From: Phyllobates terribilis | Taxonomy: Eukaryota | Assembly (NCBI RefSeq): GCF_046119375.1 | Contig: NW_027362771.1 | Span: 261,206,001 to 261,270,000, forward strand | Direction: 5' to 3' | Length of the DNA: 64,000 nucleotides | In this document: one piece after another, positions 25,765 to 38,429 of the stretch | Numbering within the stretch: the first letter of the stretch is position 1 | How the letters are laid out: every line of letters begins with the position of its first letter | Notes under the pieces: model-generated | Told to the model about the DNA's origin: nothing | The model's input: the letters and a program-made list of their open reading frames with translations, nothing else | Database searches by the model: none | Made by a program: the position numbers and the translations under genes

Positions 25765-26954
25765 GTTTTCTATCTACTGGCTAACACTGTACAAAGATAT
25801 ATTTTTCCTGTATTAGATTAATATATAATATATTGCTATCTGTGTTGGCCTTTGACTAACATTTATCACCTATCTACAGGCTGATGAGAAATTATCTTTG
25901 TAACAAGTCTGTGGAATTCTCAGTATTTATGAGCTGAGGGTTAACCTTGTCCACCCCATTAAATTAAAGGGGTTTTCTACTACTTGAACAAGCCCTTCTT
26001 AAATGCTGTATTCCGCTATTTAAAATTAAAAAGAATTCAAACCATCACAAAACTTTCAAAAAATGAAAAGAGTGTATGAGGAAAGCTGCACTAAAGTGGC
26101 CAACTCCTTTAAACAAATCTCTCTTGATTCATATGTTAAGGGGTTAATGGCCTCTCTGACAGTCAACGCTAATCTTAATTGAATCCAGCATGTAGACTGC
26201 AAAATTTTTGTATTGCACCCTGCCAATTTAGTCCCTGAAATAGGATGACAGGATCAGAAAGCCTGCACACCTGTGCGAAGTTTCTGGGGGAGCGGGTTGG
26301 GTGAAGTTTCAGGGGAGGTTCCTCCTCCTCAAGCATGTGTAGGTTGCCCTGATTCACAGTATTATAGCCAACATCATGTGGCCACCATCACCTGATCCGT
26401 AAAATTTCAAAAATAGTATACAATGTTATACAAAAACAAAATAAAGAATATGTGGGATTCATCAAGACCGGCAGTTCTCTCGATGGTCTTGATGAAGAGG
26501 TCTTTGCGCCTCTTAATGAAGAGGGCGCTTAAGCCTCTTAATGAATCAGGCGAGATGCGTAGTGGCATGCACCATGCCTCAAATACTTCAGCTACTGAGG
26601 TAACATTTGTAGCAAGGCATTTCATGCCCCTGTGAAAACATCAGAAGTTGCATTTTTTTTTCCGCAACCTCATTTGCCAGAAATGTGTTGAAAAATCTTT
26701 TTTTTCACACCCATAGTTTCTATCTTAGATGTCTATAGACCAGTATATCTCATTGCTACTGTTATAAATTGTTTTTGGACACAAAATTCATGGTTCAGTT
26801 ATTGTGCAACGATCTCCTTTCTTGTACTCTTGATAAAGTAATTATGTGGTCCTTCAGTCTCCTGAAATAGACATTGCTATGTGAACACCATACAGTATAT
26901 TTAGCATCAAAAAAAGCTATTGTATCAAGTCTTAGTAAAAGAAAAAAACATTAA

Positions 26955-27705
26955 ACCCATTCACGACATATGACGTACATATACGTCATATGTCATGTCC
27001 CTACCTTTGATGCGAGCTCGCATGCCAAGCCCACATCTTTCCCAGCAAATGATGGCTGATTTAATCAGCCATCATGTGCCTTTTACAGGTGCAGGTAGAG
27101 CAGAGCTCCACCTGCGACTATTAATCTGTTAAATCCCTCTGTCAATCTCTGACAACGGCATTTAACATGCGCTGGCAGGGGAGCACTTCGTTGTATGCTC
27201 CTATCCGCGTTCCCGTGACAACGGGGCGTCGATGTGTTGTCATGACAGCTGGGGGTTGCAGATGAACCCCGTGCCTGTCTTTACGATCTTCCTGTAAAAG
27301 CCAGCCCATGGCTGGTCTTTATATGAGATGGTGATTTTCTGTATAAATAGCAGTGCTGATGCACTGCTATGTATAGCACAAGCGATCAGACGATCGCAGC
27401 TTCAAGTCCACTAAAGGGACTAACAAATACATTAAAAAGTGGGGAAAAAAAGTTTTAAGAAAAAAGTTTTACTGATACTATTTTGCAGTAGATACAATGT
27501 TTTGATCACTTCTTATTGCATTTTATTGCAATGTTGCAGCTGTCAAAAAGCTGTGGTTTTGGCATATTGATTTTTTGTTCTCGTTACGCTGTTTACCAAT
27601 TGGATTAATTGACTTTGTATTTGGATAGATCGGACTTTTATGAATGCAGTGATGTCAAATATGTGTATTTTTTTTTTATTGTTTTATTTTTACTGGGGCA
27701 AGCTT
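26955..27705 (-). mobile_element. piggyBac-like non-autonomous element end fragment
   Basis: TTAA|ACCCATTCACGACATATGACGTACATATACGTCAT is the reverse complement of the right-end type at 24750-24791. Far boundary is approximate. Confidence 0.55.
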
Positions 27706-28034
27706 TGGATAGCATAAGGAGTTAGATTAAAGTTGTATAAATCGTGTTACTTCCACTCCTTACAATATACAAATTACAGATGATTGAAAATGATAGTTTG
27801 GATTCAGAATCCTTTAACGTGGTCATTGGCATTTTTTATTCGCTTACATATTTGCATTTTTTTTTGTTTTGGATTGCAACTTTAATTTCCTCAAATGTAT
27901 GATAGCTAAATGCATGCACTGCTGACAAAGCTTGTGCAAATTATCTCCATGTCTTAACTTTTAATAATGGTTATTTTGGTGATACATGTTTTCGATGGTA
28001 CTATTTTTTTACATTTATGTATGATCATATTTAG

Positions 28035-28147
28035 GTGGACTCTGCAACCCAGGAGAATCCCATGAAAATGATGTTGTCCTATATGCACAGGTTGATGGCA
28101 GAAAAGAACATATTGTAATGGATACACTCTCCTATTCCTCCTACAAG
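28035..28147 (+). CDS. RELN: Reelin coding exon (approx. exon 13), 113 bp
   Basis: Acceptor atttag, donor AAG|gtaat. Translates (G)[37 protein letters not shown]. Confidence 0.97.
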
Positions 28148-28644
28148 GTAATTCTGTAAGAAGAATATTTAAGTAAAGACCCACGTGCACATTAGACTAA
28201 TGTCGGCGCACCCGCTGATAATAATGGATTTGGCTGACACTACAATATGTATGGGGGCACCAGGCAACTAAGCGATGGGGAAGGTGTAGAGCGGGCATGT
28301 TCAATTTCAGACTTTTGATCATTTTGTTCTCCTGGCGATGGCTATCTCATAGAGAACAAAAGAGCTCTCAGCCAAACGAACGCTCCTGTGTATGAAAGAG
28401 CTAGCTGAGATGGCTTTGGGCCGTACAATCATCATTCAGCCGACAGTAATTTAATATGTATGGCCGGCTCAAGACTAGAAGAGAAACTTCACTGAAAAAG
28501 TACACTGCTTTCTTATAATTACAGCAGAGTCTATAACACCTACTTCTTAACCAGTACCCTTTTTTAACTTATGACAAGTCAACATTAATTCAATTTCTGG
28601 TGTCACATACTTTGAATAACATTTAAAAATGTTTATTTTTTAAG

Positions 28645-28853
28645 GTACCTTCATTAGTTTCTACTATTATTAGCCCCGAACTGCAGACTCCGGCCACAAA
28701 GTTTTGCCTAAAGCAAATCAGTCACCGAGGAGACAACTTAAATGTTTGGGCTGTGGACTTTTTCCACGTACTTCCTGTTTTGCCTACTACTGAATCCCAC
28801 ATGATACAGTTCTCTATAAATCTTGGATGTGGATCACACCAGCCCGGAAACAG
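28645..28853 (+). CDS. RELN: Reelin coding exon (approx. exon 14), 209 bp
   Basis: Acceptor ttttaag, donor AG|gtaaa. Translates [69 protein letters not shown](S). Confidence 0.97.
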
Positions 28854-30705
28854 GTAAATCTGCCAACATAAAAATAGAATGACTTTGAGAAATCAAAAGC
28901 CTACTTTTTGCGAACAGTGTGTGAATGAATACTCCTGATGAGACCAGCTTAATTCCTGTATGTTATTTAAAGGGGTTGTCTCAATTTAGCAATTTACTGG
29001 TTATTTAAAATTCCCTCTGTTCTAAAGAGGCAATGGCTGGTCATCTAGGAAAGAAGCATATCACTTTTCGCTATAAAAATCTTGCAAAGTAATACAAATT
29101 TTCAGTGTACCTGATCAATTCTTCATGTTTTTTATTCTTTACTTACAATCATTCATTACTTTCAGGGAATATACAGTAAATTTGTCCTGATTTTGTGATG
29201 AACACAAAGTTACATAACTCTGATATCTATACTGGTACAAACCGAGCACATGTGTGTCTTCATCACATGATCAGGACAGATGTGTTTCTATTGGAAGTAA
29301 ATCAAGAAAGTTCCTAATGGATGACAGTAAGGACTTCATCCAATGAGTATTGTATAGTGAAAAATTGTATTAATTAACATATATTGATAAACTATCATTT
29401 GCTAAAAATGTTATATTAAGGTTTTTTACTTTATTTCTGAGTGACACTGGAATCTCCTGGTACTTTAGACCATTGTGCTATCTTTTGTACTCTAAATACT
29501 CACAGTAGTGATGTGATACTTTTACCCCATTTAGTGTACAGGGTATTTTTCCATATTTGCCTCCCTGCATGGGAGGCATATAATTCAGTTACTCCATTTT
29601 TAGTGCCTTCATTTTTTCATAATTCTCTGAACACACTCAATTATATTTGTAATGTACGTACTTTTGTTTTTACTTGTATTTAATGCATGTGTTTTTTCAA
29701 TAATGTCAGCCACAGCTTTCTAGTTTAAAACAGTCTCTCCCCTCTCTTGTTATACCATGAACGTTGTTAACTTTGGCAGTACAAGTGGTAAAAGCCTATA
29801 TTGGAAAAACAGCATATACACAGGGTGGCTTGATTGTGCAAACACAGTTGATGTACCGTTCCCCATGTTCACATTGTCGTTAAGTTAATTGCGATCTTCC
29901 ACCGTCGTACATTTACAGCTGTTTTTTTTTCTATGTTTGGGAACCATTTCTCAGCTTTTTATGTTCTTCAGGGATTTGAATTATATGTGTACAGTACCAC
30001 ATGTTTTAAAATTTAGCTTAATCCTTAACCATGGGACATGTATTCTACTTTACAATACTGTCACATTCTCATTTATACATAGACTTAGCTGGATGTCAGT
30101 AATCCATTTCAGTTTCTAGAATTTAAAGCATAATAATACTGCAGTTCATTAAAACCTCCAGTAATCTGCAGTAGTGCAAAGCACACATTTACACAACCCA
30201 TTCTGTCAGTTTTTAATCCAGCTGACTGTATATATAATTGAGCCAATGGAACACAATAGTATGTAACATAATATCTCTATATTTTGCAGCATTTTTAGTC
30301 TTGTGACAATGAATCATGTTAAGATTATCTACTCGTAAGGTATTAAAAGTGCCTAATTTATTCATCAAAAAATTAGGTCAAATATTATTTTCAGGTTTTT
30401 ATTGCTTAATATATATATTTTAAGCACTATATTTTGGTATAGCAATTTCATTAGGGCACCATGGAATAACTTTGTTATCTCAATAGGCCGAGATTATAAC
30501 ATGCAACCTGAGACATTTAGAAAAACAATAACCTATAGTAATATCTATGTTTTAATTCAGGTAGCCACCAGATAATTTATAGTACACTTGATATCACACT
30601 CATTTTCTGGAAGATCTGGTTGACCCACATTTTTTTAATTTCAGTATATATGTTTAATTTTTCTTATAAGAAACTATATTAACTTTTTTTTTTAAATGTC
30701 AATAG

Positions 30706-30834
30706 TGTTAGTCTGGAATTTTCAACCAATCATGGCAGGTCCTGGTCTTTACTGCATTCTGAATGTCTGCCTGAGCTTTGTGCAGGACCTCATCTGCCAC
30801 ACAGTACCATATATTCATCGGACAACTACAGTGG
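30706..30834 (+). CDS. RELN: Reelin coding exon (approx. exon 15), 129 bp, BNR/Asp-box
   Basis: Acceptor caatag, donor GG|gtaag. Translates [42 protein letters not shown](G), with Asp-box STNHGRSW. Confidence 0.97.
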
Positions 30835-31109
30835 GTAAGAAGGAACTTGAAACTTGAGATGTTAAGAAATTGTAAACAACACTATTCAGATATTAGTGGT
30901 CAGATCACCGTTTCCACACATACCTTATGTTGAGCGAATCTCTGAGTTGGTTCTCTCATGTAACGGTGTCTGTACACATGCTCACTTGGTTTCCCATCAG
31001 ATTGCATTTTATGCCTCTACAGTTGGTTATCAAACCACTAGTTTAACATGTGTTTTGTCTCTGGATTTAAAGAATAACCATCATTTTAATTTTTACTTCA
31101 TAAACCGAT

Positions 31110-31678
31110 AGTATATATGAAAATAAATAACTTTGTATTACATATTATCAGTGAAATTCTCTTTTCATTCCTGAATTGATCTTTCAATTTCAGTTCACTA
31201 TTAAAATCTGTAAAAATTTGATTTCAGTGAATACAGATTTTCCAGTACTGAGATAGGAGATGGCAGTTTCTACTCATAAGATTCTCATAATATTCTATTT
31301 AGAGAAGAGGAGGAGGAGGAAGGAACTAGAAGCAGACACAGACATTCTGCTGCAAGTTCTCCTGAAATGACAGTTACACTTTAAAATGTAACTGTTGTTT
31401 CAGGAGAACTTGCAGCAGAATTTCTTTGTCTCCCTCTATCTGTCTCCCTCCCTTCTACATAGAACTTAATGGAAAGTGAATGTTTCATTAATGAGAAAAT
31501 CTATTTAAACTGAAGACAGATTTTACCCGTGAATTGAGTCAAATATCAATATAGTAAACCTCAATATAAGAGAAGGAATAAGCTGATTTCTCTGATAAGA
31601 TATATGATAAAGGTGCTTATTTTCCTGTGTATTATTGATTTACCAATGAAAAATGAAAATGACGTTTACTCATTAAAA
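31110..31678. mobile_element. Two related Kolobok-type MITEs in inverted orientation sharing one TTAA
   Basis: CTGCTGCAAGTTCTCCTGAAATGACAGTTACACT|TTAA|AATGTAACTGTTGTTTCAGGAGAACTTGCAGCAG centred on 31381-31384. Outer boundaries are approximate. Confidence 0.65.
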
Positions 31679-31787
31679 CTCAACGCTATCAGTGCTTATG
31701 AACTATAGTTTAATGATAACATTATACAAGCCATGATTTTAAGTCAATAGGTTATCTTATATTAATCCAGATATCTATATTACTTAG

Positions 31788-31897
31788 GTGGAATAGGATT
31801 ACAACCCCTCTCCCAAATGCAGCACTTACTAGGAACACTCGACTTCGATGGAGACAGAACGGACCTGTTGTTGGGAACATGTGGGCACTTGATAACA
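31788..31897 (+). CDS. RELN: Reelin coding exon (approx. exon 16), 110 bp
   Basis: Acceptor acttag, donor A|gttagt. Translates [36 protein letters not shown]. Confidence 0.96.
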
Positions 31898-33079
31898 GTT
31901 AGTATTAATATTCTTATTAAAACTTAGATAATAATACCCCACTGTTGAAAGGTTGCAATTAGAATTCTTATAACGTTTTTAATAAGCTTAGCATGTCCTT
32001 TAATTCCTGTAATGATTTTATTGACTTGGTAACAGGTCATTTATCAAAATAAAAAGGAAAAAAAATACAGCAAGTGCTGTCTAGCATGCAGAGTATTAAA
32101 AGTTTGCCGTTCAGAACATAGATGCTGTACACAATAGTTAACCTAAAAATACCCTCACAACAGACTGCAAAATTCTAATAATTTCTTTTGCAACACATGG
32201 TGTAATACTTTAGTAGTTTATGAGGGGAATGTAACAACAGGAGGTAAAGCAGCAATGTGTCTGTTGCTGGCGTCTGATATCATGCCGCCAGCTGAGCTGC
32301 TGATTACGGAGGTGGTGTGTGAATTCAATAAAAGGCATCAGCTCCTTTGACACACAGACAGCAATGTATCTCTATGTGCAATTTGTTGGGCTGTTATCTG
32401 AATATCTATTTAATCACTGTTTTAGGCACATGTGTGGATTTATATTCTGCTCAGTTACAGTACTGTAGTCTAAATGGCATGCATGAGTTTTACGGATAAG
32501 GAACTGTATTATTGAAACTATCTGAGTTTAAGGTGACTGACCTATCAGTTGCATGTTAACCCTTTTGTGTCTACAATCTGGATGTATAAGTCAGGGGTGT
32601 CATGGTTCTGCAATTCTTCAGGCTAGGCTGTCAAAAAGACAACGTGAAAGTACTGTTGTGGCAATAAACTTAAACAATTAGAGTCCGATTCATGACACAA
32701 GAAGCGTACGCCAGTCTTACTGGAGTAGGCGCCGAATTTGTTAAGAAGTGCTCCCACTTAATGAATTTGGTGCCTCTTCTAGTTGGCATGTGTCTCCATG
32801 CGCAGAGCCAGAAATTGTACTGGCGTGACATTTTCTGGCATACAAAATGCTGGCACTCTTGATTAACTTGATCCATTTGATGGGCTGTTGTTGCCACACC
32901 CCGTCCTGTCTCCTCCCCAGCTCTGCCTGTTTCGTCAAAGCACATTTGAACTGGCTTGAAAATGTCGCAAAATTTTTGTGCATGGAGGAGTTGTTCATAA
33001 CTTTTGACTTTTTAAAGCTTTTACATCAGTTATCTGGTGTAAAAACTTTGAGGTATCAGCCACATAGAACTTTGACTGA

Positions 33080-33470
33080 GGCCGGCTTCAGACAAGCGTA
33101 TAAAAAATCATCCAATTTCATCTGTATTCCATCCATGTGTCATCTGTATGTCTGTTTTTTTATATCCATATGACATCAATATGGTATACGTAGTTATACA
33201 TCAACAGTTTAAAATGTACATGATGAAATAGAATTAGCTATGCAAAAGACTATTTTTTTTTAAACACACGCAGACTTGTAGAGGCGAGTCTCATCTGAAA
33301 TGCAGAAGAGACAAGTGCGACGATTTCTTTTTTTACATAGACACTTGGTCCGTGTGGAAAAACATCCTAACAATCCTATTCACTAACATTGATCAGTGTG
33401 CTGCCTATGTGCTATCCTATTTTAACACGGACAGCACACATACATATAATATGCTTGTCTGAACGAGCCC
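33080..33470. mobile_element. PIF/Harbinger-type MITE (391 bp)
   Basis: TIR GGCCGGCTTCAGACAAGCGTAT / ATATGCTTGTCTGAACGAGCCC, flanked by TGA and TAA. Confidence 0.7.
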
Positions 33471-33947
33471 TAAAACAGTAATGATGGTGCTCAATGTAAG
33501 GGTTTTTATAAGGATCTTTCAAGATTTTTATTGTTTTTCAAGTTAAATGTATGATTATTTTTGTATGATTTTTTGTGTTTTTATTTTTCTGTATGTTGTA
33601 ACAAATAGAAATCTGTACAAAGTCCTATGTATAATTTATAGTTTAAATTATTTGCCAGAGGCCTACAAGTATACTTTATTAGGATTTACTGGACATGTTA
33701 TTTTGTATTGTCTAAAAACATCATGACGGTATAGATGAATATCTCAGATCATCAGTGATTTAAGGTTCTAGAAAGGTCAGCAGTATAGAAAGCAGATATT
33801 TACGGGTACGGTGTTCCAGTGCCCCTGAAAAATGTGTTCTTTTCATTCATATCATGGATTTATTATCAGCACTTTCCTGGCTGTAATCAGAGTATACAGT
33901 TTTGTAACCACAAATCATTTCATGTGTAAATAAAATTTCTGTTACAG

Positions 33948-34014
33948 TTTATATTGGACCATCTTGTCTGAAATTCTGCTCGGGTCGAGGACAATGTACA
34001 AGAACTGGTTGCAA
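33948..34014 (+). CDS. RELN: Reelin coding exon (approx. exon 17), 67 bp, start of EGF-like motif
   Basis: Acceptor gttacag, donor AA|gtgagt. Translates (I)[21 protein letters not shown](K). Confidence 0.97.
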
Positions 34015-34339
34015 GTGAGTGTCACATATATCTTGCAAATACCTCATCTGCTGCTGGGTGCACTTATTACTGCAGTCTAGGTCAGACCTCCCACATGACA
34101 CTTTGTCTTGAAGTGATGAGATTTCACCCTATTGATTTTTGCTGTGTTCTTTATTGTGTAATCATTCTTGTCATTTGAGTTAAAGCATATATTTGTCAGA
34201 TGGGGTTTCTCTCTATTTGTGGATACTTTTAGTTTAATGTGGATTTGATCTAATATTTCTAATAATGTTTCTATAATATTTTAAATAAATGAGAAGTTAA
34301 ACTTCATGATAGCTACTTTGTAGCCTCTGTGTACAAATA

Positions 34340-35989
34340 CAGTTATATGAAAAAGTTTGGGCACCCCTATTAATCTTAAGATTAATGTTTTATAAAAATT
34401 GGTGTTTTTGCAACAGCTATTTCAGTTTGATATATGTAATAACTGTTGGACACAGTAATGTTTCTGCCTTCAAATGAGGTTTATTGTACTAACAGAAAAT
34501 GTGCAATCTGCATTCAAACAAAATTTGACAGGTGCATAAGTATGGGCACCCTTATCATTTTCTTGTTTTAAATACTCCTACCTACTTTTTACTGACGTAA
34601 TAAGGCACTTTTTTTGGTTTTGTAACCTCATTGAGCTTTGAACTTCATAGCCAGGTGTATGCAATCATGAGAAAAGCTACTTAAAGTGGCAACTTGCAAG
34701 TTGTTCTCCTGTTTGAATCTCCTCTGAAGAGTGGCATCATGGGCTCCTCAAAACAACTGTCAAATGATCTGAAAACAAAGATTATTCAACATAGTTGTTC
34801 AGGGGAAGGATACAAAAAGCTGTCTCAGAGATTTAACCTGTCAGTTTCCACTGTGAGGAACATAGTAAGAAAATGGAAGAACACATGGACAGTTCTTGTT
34901 AAGGCCAGAAGTGGCAGGCCAAGAAAAACATCAGAAAGGCAGAGAAGAAGAATGGTGAGATCAGTCAAGGACAATCCTCAGACCACCTCCAGAGAGCTGC
35001 AGCATCAACTTGCTGCAGATGGTGTCACTGTGCATTGGTCAACTATACAACGCACTTTGCACAAGGTGAAGCTGTATGGAAGAGTGATGCGAAAGAAGCC
35101 GTTTCTGCAAGCACGCCACAAACAGAGTCGGCTGAGGTATGCAAAAGCACATATGGAGAAGCCAATTTCTTTTTGGAAGAAGGTCCTGTGGACTGATGAA
35201 ACCAAGATTGAGTTGTTTGGTCATACAAAAAGGCGTTATGCATGGCGGCAAAAAAACACAGCATTCCAAGAAAAACACTTGCTACCCACAGTAAAATTTG
35301 GTGGAGGTTCCATCATGCTTTGGGGCTGTGTGGCCAATGCCGGCACCGGGAATCTTGTTAAAGTTGAGGGACGCATGGATTCCACTCAGTATCAGCAGAT
35401 TATTGACAATAATGTTCAAGAATCAGTGACAAAGTTGAAGTTACGCAGGGGATGGATCTTTCAGCAAGACAATGATCCAAAACACCGCTCCAAATCTACT
35501 CAGGCATTCATGCAGAGGAACAATTACAATGTTCTGGAATGGCCATCCCAGTCCCCAGACCTGAATATCATTGAACATCTGTGGGATCATTTGAAGAGGG
35601 CTGTCCATGCTCGGCGACCATCAAACTTAACTGAACTGGAATTGTTTTGTAAAGAGGAATGGTCAAAAATACCTTCATCCAGGATCCAGGAAATCATTAA
35701 AATCTACAGGAAGCGACTAGAGGCTGTTATTTTTGCAAAAGGAGGATCTACTAAATATTAATGTCACTTTTCTGGTGAGGTGCCCATACTTATGCACCTG
35801 TCAAATTTTGTTTGAATGCAGATTGCACATTTTCTGTTAGTACAATAAACCTCATTTGAAGGCAGAAACATTACTGTGTTCAACAGTTATTACATATATC
35901 AAACTGAAATAGCTGTTGCAAAAACACCAATTTTAAGAAAACATTAAGCTTAAGATTAATAGGGGTGCCCAAACTATTTCATATAACTG
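34340..35989 (+). mobile_element. Full-length Tc1-family (IR/DR type) DNA transposon, 1650 bp
   Basis: TA TSD. 211-bp TIRs (34340-34550, 35779-35989) with about 5 mismatches by my count. Outer and inner direct repeats end in GGGCACC. Confidence 0.97.
34739..35761 (+). CDS. Intact Tc1 transposase, 340 aa, DD34E
   Basis: Uninterrupted ORF MGSSKQLSNDLKTK...GGSTKY with paired-like HTH, GRPR linker, [15 protein letters not shown] and SPDLNIIE. There are 34 residues between the second D and the E. Confidence 0.95.
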   Translation: MGSSKQLSNDLKTKIIQHSCSGEGYKKLSQRFNLSVSTVRNIVRKWKNTWTVLVKARSGRPRKTSERQRRRMVRSVKDNPQTTSRELQHQLAADGVTVHWSTIQRTLHKVKLYGRVMRKKPFLQARHKQSRLRYAKAHMEKPISFWKKVLWTDETKIELFGHTKRRYAWRQKNTAFQEKHLLPTVKFGGGSIMLWGCVANAGTGNLVKVEGRMDSTQYQQIIDNNVQESVTKLKLRRGWIFQQDNDPKHRSKSTQAFMQRNNYNVLEWPSQSPDLNIIEHLWDHLKRAVHARRPSNLTELELFCKEEWSKIPSSRIQEIIKIYRKRLEAVIFAKGGSTKY

Positions 35990-36181
35990 TATATAACATG
36001 TTGACTTGTCAACTTTTGTTTATTTATTAATTTTAATAAATTGTGCAGTAAAGTCAATATTTGACCACCAGTACTATCTGATATTCAGTATTAATATGCT
36101 TAATATCCTGCAGGCATTGAATAAAGTGTCAATATCCTGTAACTACACTTAGGCTTTAACTGGGCATTTTTTATATTACAG

Positions 36182-36415
36182 GTGTGAGCCTGGTTTTTCA
36201 GGACCAGCTTGTGAAATGGCTTCACAGACTTTCCCAATGTTTATTTCAGAAAGCTTCACCAGTTCCAGGCTTTCTTCTTACCACAATTTCTACTCTATCC
36301 GTGGTGCTGAAGTTAGTTTTGGCTGTGGTGTTCTTGCTAGTGGCAAAGCTTTGATTTTTAACAAGGATGGGAGAAGGCAGCTCATAACTACCTTTCTCGA
36401 TAGCTCGCAGTCCAG
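36182..36415 (+). CDS. RELN: Reelin coding exon (approx. exon 18), 234 bp
   Basis: Acceptor attacag, donor AG|gtgag. Translates [77 protein letters not shown](R). Confidence 0.98.
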
Positions 36416-36475
36416 GTGAGTTAGTAGGAGAGCTACAAATCTGTTAAAACTGCTTCAGTTTCCACTTAGCCTTAG

Positions 36476-36840
36476 CAGGAACCTGTCATGTCCTGTCTAC
36501 TATGTATGGGAACTGCACAGCTTCACTGTGCACATGCGGGGAGCCGCTCGTCACACCGCATGTGCGGCTCCCAGTGCTACAAGCTTTGCTGGCTGGCCAT
36601 GTCATACTGTGCAAGCTCCCCATACTTACTTCAGCGCGAGACAGGAGCAGAATTCAAATGTGTGGGCAGCGCCAACCCTGACTGAATGTGAGTATCACAC
36701 CCCTATGACTAAATGAGCAGGTAGGATATGGTATATAAAGTGCTATATACTCATGATATTAGCGCCAATTTATGCACATTGCATCACTAACAACACAATA
36801 GGGGCAGTTTACATAGTAGACAGGACATGACAGGATCCCA
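36476..36840. mobile_element. Kolobok/T2-type MITE (365 bp)
   Basis: TIR CAGGAACCTGTCATGTCCTGTCTACTATGTA / TACATAGTAGACAGGACATGACAGGATCCCA, flanked by TTAG and TTAA. Confidence 0.75.
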
Positions 36841-37209
36841 TTAATTCTTAAAAAAATAAAAATAAAATAAATCAAATGTTTGTATCTTACTGCTTTGTTC
36901 TGGTAAAGTGCCTGTAGAACTCATGCGGGTAGAATACTTCCCTCATCTAACAAACATTATTGTTTTTTTAGAACATTTGTTATTGAGCATTGTACACACA
37001 AAGTATGTCATAGTGTATGTAATTTTAACAGAGAAACAGCATTTCATGCTGTGATATATTCTCTGGCTTTTTTGTATGGAAGATTGGAATATAGCCTTAG
37101 ATGTAAGATTTCATACAGTATTTTCACAAAAATATACACAATTTTATACTTCCATTACACCCTACAGGAAATCTTTGACTAATTTTATAACTAATGCTGC
37201 AAGAGTTAA

Positions 37210-37989
37210 AGGGAATCTATCAGCAGGCTTTCCTATGTAATCCCAAAGAAGCATGATGTAGGGACAGAGACCCTAATTCCAGCGATTAGTTTACTGGGTG
37301 CAGCAGTTGCAATAGAATCTGTTTTCTCTACTGCAGATCTGGTAGAGGACAGAATGTTGAGCCCTGTATAACCCGCCCACACCACTGACTGGTCAGAATG
37401 CTGAGCCCTGTATAACCCCGCCCACACCACTGACTGGTCAGAATGCTGAGCCCTGTATAACCCTGCCCACACCACTGATTAGTTAGAATGCTGAGCCCTG
37501 TATAACCCCACCCACACCACTGACTGGTCAGAATGCTGAGCCCTGTATAACCCCGCCCACACCACTGATTGGTTAGAATGCTGAGCCCTGTATAACTCCG
37601 CCCACTCCACTGACTAGTCAGAATGCTGAGCTCTGTATAACCCCGCCCACACCACTGATTGGTTAGAATGCTGAGCCCTGTATAACCCCACCCACACCAC
37701 TGACTGGTCAGAATGCTGAGCTCTGTATAACCCCACCCACACCACTGATTGGCAGCTTTCTGTGTACAATGTATATTGACAAAAAGCTGCTAATCAGTGG
37801 TTTGGGTGTGGTTGGACCATGAGGCACAAGACACCTATTCCTCTAGTAACAATCTCCTGCTGATAAAACTGATTTTATTGAAATGGCAAAACACAGCCTA
37901 GTATGTGACAAATCTGTGGAATCAGGATCTCTGCCACTATAAAATGCGGCTCTCAGATTACATAACAAAAACCTGCTGACATATTCCCT
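37210..37989. mobile_element. Kolobok/T2-type MITE carrying a minisatellite
   Basis: TTAA|AGGGAATCTATCAGCAGG ... CCTGCTGACATATTCCCT|TTAA. Confidence 0.85.
37351..37752. repeat. 45-bp minisatellite, 9 copies
   Basis: Unit AGAATGCTGAGCCCTGTATAACCCCGCCCACACCACTGA(C/T)TGGT(C/T), starting at 37351, 37395, 37440, 37485, 37530, 37575, 37620, 37665 and 37710. Confidence 0.97.
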
Positions 37990-38267
37990 TTAAGGCTTAT
38001 ATCTCAAGTCGTATGCTTTGGAACTCCACATTACACTCTATAATGCCACTTTTATGCAACTTCTTTTTCAATAGAAGCAGTGAAAATAAAATTGTCAGTT
38101 CACTGAGGTACAATATGATAACATACAGATAACATACAATGCTGTAAGTGCATATTGGTAATACAACATGGGCATCGACTATAGAAAATACATTCCTGTA
38201 TTATCCATTTTCTGATGGATACAAGCATCTTTTCCAAGATTAAAATGTTTAAGAATTTTATCCACAG

Positions 38268-38429
38268 ATTTCTGCAGTTTACTTTACGGCTTGGAAGTAA
38301 ATCTGTTTTAAGTACATGCAAGGCGCCCAATAAGCCAGGAGAAGGTGTTTTACTCCACTACTCACATGACAATGGCATTACTTGGAAACTTCTAGAGCAT
38401 TTTTCTTACCTTAACTATCATGAGCCAAG
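38268..38429 (+). CDS. RELN: Reelin coding exon (approx. exon 19), 162 bp, BNR/Asp-box
   Basis: Acceptor ccacag, donor AG|gtatg. Translates [53 protein letters not shown](R). Confidence 0.98.

Noticed and set aside
28925-28960. CTGATGA near exon 14 as a hammerhead core or C/D snoRNA box
   Set aside because: There is no downstream stem II/GAAA and no convincing partner box or terminal stem.
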